DNA from: Octopus vulgaris
Lineage: Eukaryota
Assembly: GCA_951406725.2 (NCBI GenBank)
Contig: OX597814.1
Coordinates: 139,066,001 to 139,130,000, forward strand
DNA: 64,000 nt
Reading direction: 5' to 3'
A program made the position numbers and the translations under genes. Below are positions 53,100 to 64,000 of the stretch, piece after piece (positions within the stretch are counted from its first letter, which is position 1; every line of letters starts with the position of its first letter). The notes below the pieces were generated by a model. It was not told where the DNA came from. It was given only the letters and a program-made list of their open reading frames with translations, and did no database searches.

Positions 53100-54750
53100 A
53101 TATACGTATAGTAATGTGGACCATCATCTTTTCATCAAGATGATGGCCCCCATTACTATACATAATATAAATACTCAACATTTAGGTTTTAATTATTTGA
53201 AGATTTACACCTCATGATTATCGTTGATACAAATTAGGGTGTAGTTTTTTTTTATAAATTTAACTCTCTTAAAGACTTATAGTGCGCCCTCAGTATAAAT
53301 TTCTATATTCTAATAGGAGTGACTCATGTACATGGGGTGGGCGCTACAGGACTTTAGGAGTTAAGGTGTTGTATACAGAAATTTATTCTGTATAAATCTG
53401 TATCAACAATAATCATTAGGTGTGAACTTCCAAAATAATTCAGCTGAAATAATGAGACCGTTATCTCGGTAAAAACCACACTGTATATGATTAAACTCAT
53501 ATGATAATGGTAAATTATAAAGTCTGATACGCTCACAAATATCCACAGAGTCTGGAATCCCCACAGCTACATCAAAAGAATTGGCATCGTTCTTCTTTTT
53601 CCATAGATCATTATCGTAAGAAAGCAAACATCTTGCATGAACGATTCTTTTATATCAGAATCACTGTTCGAAATATAATTCTTGGTGGAGATTAATACAT
53701 TTGGACCGAAGAATTAGGTATCGAAGGATAAAATTCAATGATGATAAACATGCTTATAACAAACAGTACTGAACCAATGAATTACAGAAGTACTGTCATT
53801 ATAATCGGTTGTTTGGATAATTATTCGTTTGGATGAATGTGTTTAAGATAACTTCACTCACTATATTTTAATTCATATGATGAATTATAATATTCTATAG
53901 TGAGTCTTTTAACTTAATTAGAAGAATGCGATCCAAATGAACGACCGACAGATTTCAACAGAATTTTTAATAATTCAAAGAACATTTTTGTATACTAAGA
54001 CAAAACTTAAAATTTCTATGAAATTAGCAATATTGTACATAATTAAAAATTATATTACTAATATCAATAACAAAAATTATGATAAGTAAATCTAATTTCA
54101 TTAATTTTTTTACTCATGATACTAAATCCAATTTCATTAAGTTAATAGTTAGTGAGTTAAAAGTAGTTGACAGGGTTGAGTGTTTTAGATGAATATACGC
54201 TAATCATTCGTGAAGTTCAAACATTCATACTTGCTGTCTATTTCTAACTCGGTAGTTATTTACTTGGCTTCTAAATTAATTAAATTATATATAATGTTAT
54301 TAATAATTTTATAAGAACTAGTAAATAATATTAAATAAAACCCTGCTATATGTATCACTGCTAATCTCATTAAAAATTACGTTTTGCTCAAATGGACATA
54401 AATGCTCTTTGAAGGTTGAAACGCTTTAATTAGTCTTTAAATAAATTCTGTTGAAATCTGTTGGACGTTCCTTTGAATCCCAAGTTGAAAAGACCTAATT
54501 CGAATGTTTCCAACAGCTTGTTTTTATGTGAATATTTTTAGGTCTTTAAGCTAAACATTTTTTTTATGCAGTAACATATCAGGGTCATCTTTACAGCCAA
54601 GAAATGCCTTCTGAAAAATACCTCTCTCCAACTACCTGAAAATTTGAAAGATTGACAAGCTAAATATTTCTTTCCTTTTGACATTTTCATTGCTAATAAA
54701 TTTACATGCAGAGTTGTTGCAATATATTCATCTCTTCTTTTGTCCTCCAC
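53100..54750 (-). mobile_element. Decayed Penelope-like retroelement (RT region) with fold-back ends
   Basis: LLSYDNDLWKKK..SFDVAVG..DSVDICE..GFYRDNGL matches PLE RT FDVTMG..DGAEVCEL..GLYRDDGL; upstream EFYPSI and INLEAK..ELEID remnants. Confidence 0.75.
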
Positions 54751-55237
54751 CCATTCATCCGTTTCTTTTAGATTTTTTCTTTGTTTTTCGATCCTGGATA
54801 GTCAGCTTGTTTATGCCATGCAGGCCGATCGCTGCTTGGTCTTTCTGCAGTTGGAGTATTTGTTTCTACGTAGCCTAATGCTAATCTTGCTAACTCTAAA
54901 TTTTCTAAGAGATTTGCATTAGTTTTCATTAGATTCTATCATCTTAACTTGAAATTTTACAGTTAAACAACACGGCTCACTTTTTCCATGCATTTAAAAG
55001 CCTTATTTGAAATGTTTTCACTGCTATCATAACTGACAGGGTAGCACGTTTCAAATAGAGGTATTGTAAATTAAATAATCACTTTCAAACGCCAAAGTGT
55101 ACAAACACACGCTACCAACGTATTAAGTGAAGTAACAAATGTCAGAGATGAGTTCGCTACGCATACAGTTTCATAACTGCAGGCAGTGAAATGCAAACCA
55201 TAGTAATTAAAATGTCGTTACTACCACTCTCAATATT

Positions 55238-55636
55238 TTTTCTACTCTAGGCACAAGACCCGAAATTTTGGGGAAGGGGGTACAAGTCGGTTACATCGAC
55301 CCTAGTATGCAACTAGTGCTTAATTTATCCACCCCGAAAGGATGAAAGGCAAAGATGACCTCGGTGGAATTTGAACTCAGAACGTAAAGACACGAAATAC
55401 CCATTTCTTTACTGCTCACAAGAGGCTACACACAGAGGGGACAAACAGGGATAGACAAACGGAATAAGTCGATTATATCGACTCCAGTGCGTAACTGGTA
55501 CTTATTTAATCGACCCCGAAAGGATGAAAGGCAAAGTCGACCTCGGCGGAATTTGAAATCTGAACGTAGCGGCAGACGAAATACCGCTAAGCATTTCGCC
55601 TGGCGTGCTAACGTTTCTGCCAGCTCGCCGCCTTAG
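55238..55636 (-). mobile_element. SINE family A, dimeric, with 16-bp TSD
   Basis: TSD taccactctcaatatt at 55222-55237 and 55637-55652. Confidence 0.93.
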
Positions 55637-55700
55637 TACCACTCTCAATATTACCGTTTTCATGAACTTGCACTTGTGTTCATGCATGTATGTATGTATG

Positions 55701-55730
<30 letters not shown>

Positions 55731-55732
<2 letters not shown>

Positions 55733-56970
55733 CGGGACGCCACTTGGCTGACCTGTTCGCGGAGCACATCCGAGACATCAGACTTGGCAATAATACCACG
55801 GTCTCGCGCCACATCCGCTCTACCGGTCATTCGCTCTACCAGTCATTCGCTGTGTTCGAACTGTTTCTACACAGGGGCCACTCAGACTCCCGCCTTCGCC
55901 ATGAGCAGCAGTTTTCGCTCCTCTGCGCCACATGAGCTCAACTCACCTCCTTTCTTCATCTGACACCATCCTTACACGGATTACAACACACCTCCCACAT
56001 TCAATTGCCCCCTCCACTTACACATCAGCATACTGTCTACCTCATCACCCTCACCACACACGGACCACTATACAAACACCCATACACACTGTTCAAATCA
56101 TCACTCACTTCACACACCATTACACACACACCCTCAACACCTCACACCTTCCCACAACACCTCACTCCACACATACTAGCACCTACACCACACACCATTA
56201 TCCACACGCCCACACACAAACTTCAATAACGTCACCACACATACCACTATACGAGCAACCACACGCAATGTTTAACTCAGTAGACGCCCTACACATCGTC
56301 ATGCACAATCCCACACCTACGCAAGCACATAATACCTGAACACAACAATATATACTCCCACACCCACACAAGCACATAACACCTAAACACAGACAATATA
56401 TACACACATACGCAACGCATAAATACACGGATCACGCATAGACAAAGTTAACTTTCACCCTCAAACATACACAATACACATGCATACTGTTTGATCACAC
56501 ACACATATACATGTGCACACACCACTTGAAAAAGCACACATCAGTTACTACACACAACACAGACACGTTGCACACACACATACACACACGTCAGACTCAC
56601 TCGCCCGTATTCATACATACACACTCACACACACCATTCTCACATACACACACACACTCGCGCACTTCTGTTCGTTGAGATCACTATTATTATCTCCCTG
56701 TCATTCAAATGCATTTTTTCTATTACTATCTCCCTTTCACTCAACCTCTTCTTTTCTAGTCATCCCGCCATATTGGACGGCTGAACTCTACACAGTTTTT
56801 CTCTTTCCGCTTTTTCCGATCTCTCCCCATTTTTTCCTCTTATTCCTTTCTGTCGAAGAGCATAGGCTTGAAACGTAAAAGACTTTTCCATTTTTTCCGA
56901 GCGTTAAAATAATACACCTGCTTGTTGTTCCTATGCCTGTCTTCATCTATTTTTTTGCAAATTTGAACTA
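55731..56970 (+). mobile_element. Penelope-like element 3' end (GIY-YIG C-terminus, CA-rich UTR, hammerhead, tail)
   Basis: TGRHLADLFAEHIRDIRLGNNTTVSRHIRSTGHS matches the GIY-YIG (YIGE)TGR.L..RF.EH motif of PLEs. Confidence 0.85.
56846..56881 (+). ncRNA. Minimal type-I hammerhead motif (A6U variant)
   Basis: cuuu CUGUCGA A GAGC-AUAG-GCUU GAAAC GUA aaag. Confidence 0.68.
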
Positions 56971-57040
56971 TATAAGTGCGTGTATGTACGTATGTATGTG
57001 TATGTATGTATATATATGTATGTATGTATATATATATATG

Positions 57041-57129
<89 letters not shown>

Positions 57130-57250
57130 TTTATTAAAGTATCATAGATTTTGTGATATTTTTGCTGCTTTTTAGTAAAGCATATTTCTCTACCTCAGGT
57201 ATACGAGTACAATTTTTCTACCTTGTTTCGCATTTGTGCTTCTTCTCGTA

Positions 57251-57321
<71 letters not shown>

Positions 57322-58173
57322 TGTTCTCTTATTCTTTTACTTGTTTCAGTCAAAAGCTATTCGCTTTTTAATTATTGCTTGAGATGTCAAAATTATTGCC
57401 GTACTTCTGCGACCTGACTCAATTCCAGAGAGAAAGAGAGGATATGTTTGTACTCTAGTAAATAGCCTTCCAGGCTATGCATGTAGCACGTCTATATAGA
57501 TGAGAATCTGCACCTGGCCAAATACTAAATGTTTGTATTTGCCTTGCATTTCTTGTCCAAAATAGTAGAAAAATATGAGACTGGACTCTCATTTAGCTGC
57601 ATGAATCGCTGGAAAAGAACCAAGTAATCAAACTGATTGCCATAAAGAATTTATTCTGACTTTTTTTGTTCTGGTATACCTTAAGATCTTCAAAGGACTC
57701 CAACTAGCACTGCAAATTAGAGAAGCTCCAGGTAATTTTACAGTGCTACTCTTAATTCTGACAGTGAATCAAACCACTCGATGGATTATATTGTTGAGAT
57801 TTAACTGTTTTGATCGCGGACTATTTGCAGTCGCGGTGATAGAAGATGAACCGCCAAAAATTTGGCCGTAATACAGATTCAAATATTTGGTATATATAAA
57901 TACGTCGACGATTGTGTGTGTGTGTGTGTGTGTGTGTGACGAGAATTTATAAGTAGGTGTATTTACTATATAGAAATACAGAAGTACAATTTATCTGTGA
58001 CAGTTTTAGCTTTTAGTTTGAGATAGATGTCATTTTTATTAATTGAAACGAGTGATTCGTAGATATTTTCGCACACACCCACTTGTAATAAACAATCAGA
58101 TTTATGTGTATCTATGTTCCACGTGCTTTTACGTAACTCTGGATAACTTATGTGTATAACATTTTCCAAATTG

Positions 58174-58694
<521 letters not shown>

Positions 58695-58724
<30 letters not shown>

Positions 58725-58846
58725 AAGAAGAAGAAGAAGAAGAAGAAGAAGAAGAAGAAGGATGATGATGGTAATGAATGTTATTATTATTATCATTATT
58801 ATTATTATTACTGACTCTACTACTACTACTACTACTACTACTACTA
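58695..58846. repeat. (GAA)n followed by (GAT)/(TTA)/(CTA) runs
   Basis: Directly visible. Confidence 0.95.
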
Positions 58847-59079
58847 ATAGAGCAGCAATAAATTATGGAGATTAGAAAAGGGGAAAATTGTCCATAATAA
58901 TAGTTACCATAGGAAAGTTAAAAGGAACTACGGCAGACCAAATACATAAAAAGAACTAAGGCTACAAACATGGAAAATAGCCCTAAGTACTTGGCCTTAG
59001 CAGGATTTGAGGTAAGAACATAAAGAGCTGGAAAAAATGTCGCTAGGCATTTTCCGAGGCTCTAGTGACTCTATTAGAG

Positions 59080-59700
59080 CAATTTTGGGACGGGGCATAA
59101 GTCGATTGCATTGATCCCGGTGCTCAACTGGTACTTTTTTATCTACCCCGATAGCAAGAAAGGCAAAGCCGACGTCGGCGGAATTTGAACTCAGAACATA
59201 AAGACGAGTGAAATACTACTAAGCATTTGGATCTTTTCGTTTTGAACGGCAGTTTTTTCTAGTGGTGTCATATAAAATTGTCACCCATAATTATGACCCT
59301 AGTATCGATTAATTGCATTTCAATCTGTTTTAGAGTTAGGGTTGGGGTTAGGGGTAGGGGGAAGGGTATCTTTTTTTCTTCACAAATGTAAATAAACCCA
59401 ATCTGTTTCTTAAACGAGAGACATATTCATACGGCACAGATGTTTTTTACCTCAATAGACGTCAGTGATTGATTGAAATTGCAGAAATTGAAGAAAAAAA
59501 CAACAAATATCTTACAAACTATAGAATTTTCTCAATAAAGCCAAGAGAAAAAGATGTTTTATAAACACATTCTACCAGTATACGAAGTTTAAAATTTTTT
59601 AGTTACCTAGAAAATATGTTAAAGACTGCCGTTCAAACCGAAAAGATCCAAGCATTTTTTTTTTCCGGTGTACTAATAATTCCGTCGGCTCGCAGCCTTT
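59080..59700 (-). mobile_element. SINE family A split by a MITE
   Basis: SINE body at 59080-59228 resumes after 59650. Confidence 0.8.
59229..59649. mobile_element. Second copy of the GGATC MITE with 8-bp TSD
   Basis: Highly similar to 30410-30828; TSD aagcattt on both sides. Confidence 0.95.
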
Positions 59701-60489
59701 ATATAATTGTTTCTAATATGGTAATGTAGTTTCCTTTTACTATTAACTGTCCATGTATAGAGCTGACAGAGAGTGGCAAATGACAAGTATACTGAATGGA
59801 AGCGTTCAATTAGAAGCACTAAACACGATACTATGAAGCCGGATTTTTATATTCGTTTTACTTAACATTCTCTTCAAGTTGTAATTTTGTTTCCTTTAAA
59901 ATATTGGCTTCTTTCCACCAGTTATAAAGCCACATTTTAAGAGATGATCTATTGAATTAGAGGATTTCATTTTTTTCCAATACGTAATTGAAATGATATA
60001 GCTACAACCAGTCTGTATATTATGGACAAAGTCAACTTGTAGATGTAAAGTTATCCTAGACTGAAACTATCTAAAAACATTATCGACACTGGACTGAGAA
60101 AACGAAGCATTGCGCAAAAAACAAATACAGTTGGATTTTAATATTATCCTTTCACAACGTAATTTGTCTTTAGGAATTATATGTCATTAAGGAAAAGGGG
60201 TTAATTGACAGATTAATTATAATGAGATGTTTCAAGAGGGAATTGAGACTTGGTAGAAAGTCTAATACAGAATTGTAACGTGAAATTAAATAAGACCTCA
60301 TTTATTACAAAAGACAACTTCTTGAAATAATTAAGACATGAACTGGTGTGAGATAATATTTCAGTTAATTAACGTTAAGACATTGACTGAAGTGTTTTAA
60401 CAAGAATATTTCGATAACACGGTGCCTTTAGATGTAATGTAGTTAATTTATCGAAGACATGTAATGATTTGAGTGGATGTGACACTGGT

Positions 60490-60660
60490 TTCAAATTTTG
60501 GCACAATGCCAACAATTTCGGGGACCCCGGTGATCAACTGGTACTTATTTCATTGACTACGAAAGAATGAAAGGCAAGGTCGACCTTGGGGGAATTTGAA
60601 CTCAGAACATAAAGAAGGACGAAATGCCACGAAGCATTTTCCCCAGCTCGCTGCCTTGAG
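60490..60660 (-). mobile_element. SINE family A, deleted copy
   Basis: ctggtacttattt..gaatgaaaggcaaggtcgacctt..gaatttgaactcagaac. Confidence 0.8.
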
Positions 60661-60934
60661 AGAATGTAATATGAAAAGAGGTAAAATATTTCAGTGGATT
60701 ATATATAGAAATGGAAGCTCATATCTCACTAAGTCTAGGAGTGAGACATATATACTTATATTATCGTTAGTGCTAGATGGTGTCATATACATGTAAGCCT
60801 ACATATACATGTACAAGCATGTCAGATTTACATATTACAAATTACAAGTTGTTTGTATTGTTTTTATAAAACATTTTCACATCTTTATATCATACAAATA
60901 AAATATTTATGCATCCATTATTCTCCATTTTCTT

Positions 60935-61003
<69 letters not shown>

Positions 61004-61095
61004 AAATTTTAGGGTAGCAAAAAATTCTAGAAAAATTCTCCGCTACCAGCGGTCAAGTGAGAAAGAAAAAATAGTCAATAGACTATGTAATATAC

Positions 61096-61264
61096 ATTCA
61101 AACATATAAGGGATGGCCATAATAGGACATCCGACTCACCAGAAAGGAGCAGGGTAAACGTTTTTATTTCTCTTTCCATTTCAGAACTATTAGTGGTTTG
61201 GAGTTTAACTGCTCTTTCTAGTGAGTCGGATGTCCTATTATGGCCATCCCTTATATGTTTGAAT
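61096..61264. repeat. Inverted repeat (about 60-bp arms) between (TA)n arrays
   Basis: attcaaacatataagggatggccataataggacatccgactcac / gtgagtcggatgtcctattatggccatcccttatatgtttgaat. Confidence 0.92.
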
Positions 61265-61279
61265 ATATATATATATATA

Positions 61280-61427
61280 TAGTTAATCCAAACAAGAAAG
61301 CACAGAAAAAAAACACAGCAACGCGAGGACGTGGAACAATTAAAGTATTATTTGACGCTCAGGAAAGAAGGGAAGGAGGGTTTAACGTTTCGAGCGGAGC
61401 TCTTCGTCGGAAACAAAGGAGAAGGAA

Positions 61428-61430
<3 letters not shown>
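61280..61430 (-). mobile_element. Penelope-like pLTR/tail fragment
   Basis: Related to 18740-18910 and 56840-56970; bounded by (TA)n. Confidence 0.75.
61380..61414 (-). ncRNA. Minimal type-I hammerhead motif (U4C variant)
   Basis: guuu CCGACGA A GAGC-UCC-GCUC GAAAC GUU aaac. Confidence 0.72.
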
Positions 61431-61477
<47 letters not shown>

Positions 61478-61479
<2 letters not shown>

Positions 61480-61570
61480 TGGATGCGGTGAATAAATTGT
61501 CGTCTAAATAACGCAAAAATGAAAATAACACTGATATCTCATTTTAACAGATATATTTACCAAAGTTTGC
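61478..61570 (-). mobile_element. Solo end of the DD37D transposon family
   Basis: ctggatgcggtgaataaattgtcgtcta..acgcaaaaatgaaaataa matches 3660-3750. Confidence 0.8.
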
Positions 61571-61833
61571 GATGCGAATATATATTTATTTCACCAAGTG
61601 ACTTCCATACAATTACTGCCGTTTCGCCATTAATGTCAGTATGGAAGAAATTATGTTTGCATTAATTTGTATGCTCAGCAATGTACAATACAATTGTCTA
61701 TTCAAACGCCAATGCAAATAAAGAATGCTAGCTCGTCATATCACTGGAACTTCACGATTATACCAACAATTCAACTCGATGAGCATTCTGTGATAGCTAC
61801 ACAATTCTCTAAATCCACATCTTATACTACTCA

Positions 61834-61868
<35 letters not shown>

Positions 61869-62370
61869 CTAATTTTAGACAGATGTGGCATGATAGAGTT
61901 CTACTAGTCTCATAAAAAATACATGTTACTTACCTGGCTATTGTATTAGCATGTAATGCTTAGCATATGCCGCTGCTATTATTGCCGCTACGGCTACGAG
62001 TACTACCACCACCACCACCACGACTACTACAGTACAGTTAAGGTTGACTAACACTTTTTTTCTGCAATATTATGGAAGTATATCGCTAATGTTTGTGTTA
62101 CTCTGAAAGAATGGTTTTCATGTTCCTAAGAGAAAGATTGAGCTAAAAAATCCTGAGCCCTTATGTTGTTCAATTTTGTCATGTTTTCCTTTAACGAAAA
62201 AAAAAGAACTCGGTGATTATTTAATTTACAGGCGTTTCTAAGTTGTCCGGTAATAACAGTAACACATTCACAAGGACACAGTGATTGATGCGATGTTGTG
62301 AAACAATTCATATTCCCCTGTAAGGAAACACTATCAGCTGTTGTTTTCTAGAACTTCTCAATGCACCTAC

Positions 62371-62541
62371 AGGGGTAAGCATGGCTGAGTGGTTAAGGAG
62401 GTCGTTCTGCAACAACGTGGTCTCGAGTTCAGTTCCACTGCACACACCTTGCACAAGTGTCTTTGATTGAAGTATCACATCGGTCAATCCTTTTGTGAGT
62501 GAGTTTTAAATGAAGGAAACTGAAAAAAAAAAAGAAACTCG

Positions 62542-62595
<54 letters not shown>

Positions 62596-62845
62596 CAGAT
62601 AGATATCTGTAGTATATACAAACGTATGTTTGCTTTTGTGCTTGTGTTCATCATTCCTCGCCGCTTGAAAGCCGGTGTTGTTTTGTTTGCGTCCTCGTAA
62701 CTCAACACTTCAGCAAAAGTGACTAACAGAATAAGTACCAGGCTGAAAAATAAATACTGGAATCGGTTTGTTCGGCTAAACCCATCTAGGCGGTGCGACA
62801 GCATGGCCTCAGTTCAATAACTGAACCATCTAAAAGATGAAAGAT
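62371..62845 (+). mobile_element. SINE family D, diverged, with internal (GATA)n
   Basis: gcatggctgagtggttaagg..gagttcagttccactgc..caccttgcacaagtgtc..agaataagtaccaggc..gcatggcc. Confidence 0.8.
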
Positions 62846-63526
62846 AAGCAAATAAAATGCTAAAATAAAATATAGTAAAGTAAAATAAGATAAAGAGCAT
62901 ATTTTTCGATAAGATCGATCCAAGCTATTTGTTCTCAGACATTCGACGTGTTACATTTACCAATTTACCGGTGAAATATGAGCTGGTTGTTGTTGACATA
63001 ATTTCATTTACCATTTCTTTGGAAGCTACATATAAGAGATATTTCTAGGTGTAGTTGCATAAATACATAGCAGCAACGTACACAAGTGGGACAGACAGAA
63101 AGGAAAACGTCAGTCTAGATATTATTAATGTGCAATGATTACATTAACGTGCATAGAGGGCTCTCGTCACCAACACTCTTAACTGAAAGCATTGAACAGA
63201 TGGCAAGACTTCGTATCTCATACCAACATAGATTTTCTATTTGATTTTCTAGTCTTTTTCATACGTATCACATACTTGCAAATATGTAACTATATCTATT
63301 TACTCACACGCATTCAGTTGTGCATATGCAATAATCAGACTCATACAGAAAGACAAATAGACACACGGAATGGTAGAGACACATGGAGACGCAGATACAG
63401 ACTCAACAATACTTATACGTGCTTTTATTCACTAACAAAATAGAAAACAAACTCATAAATATAGAAACACTATAATGCACATAGACATACATACATACAT
63501 ACATAAGTACATCTATATATATATAA

Positions 63527-63567
<41 letters not shown>

Positions 63568-63780
63568 AATGCATGGACACTCACGCACGCACGCGTGCAC
63601 ACATGCGCTTGCACATACACATATATACGCAATCACGTTCAGGTATACGATGCCAAATACTTACATCTGTATGGGCCAATAAGTATATACCTTTATATAA
63701 AAGTGCGTGTTTGTATGTCTATAATATGTATGAGTGTATATAAATCCATATATATATATATGTACACATACATATAATGC

Positions 63781-63824
<44 letters not shown>

Positions 63825-63887
63825 TATATATATAATGCACAAAAACGCACACATAATACACACACCCGTGTGCATATATATAATACC

Positions 63888-63930
<43 letters not shown>

Positions 63931-64000
63931 GTATTTATGTATGTATGTGTATGTATGTGTGTGTATGTATGTGTGTGTGTATGTATGTATGTATGTATGT

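Overview
This is an AT-rich, microsatellite-dense animal genomic window with no recognisable host protein-coding exon. The SINE families suggest an octopus or other coleoid cephalopod; that is inferred from memory, not verified. Almost all long ORFs in the track are read-through of (TA)n, (CA)n, (TAG)n, (GAA)n and (AAT)n arrays. The real content is a nested set of mobile-element relics: at least four tRNA-headed SINE families, Tc1/mariner elements (DD37D, DD34D and a probable DD41D), MITEs with 8-bp TSDs, CR1/L2-, RTE- and L1/Tx1-type LINE fragments, and many Penelope-like (PLE) pieces. The most interesting signal is RNA-level. About eight minimal type-I hammerhead-ribozyme motifs can be read by eye, most with core variants. 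Two lie in unrelated non-coding elements of about 480-nt unit length, arranged as a partial tandem plus an inverted copy (36.2-37.0 kb and 2.0-2.8 kb), which resembles retrozymes or non-autonomous PLEs. A candidate HDV-like fold lies at the 5' end of an internally deleted LINE (about 9.0 kb). All calls were made by eye, and none of the ribozymes is shown to be active.
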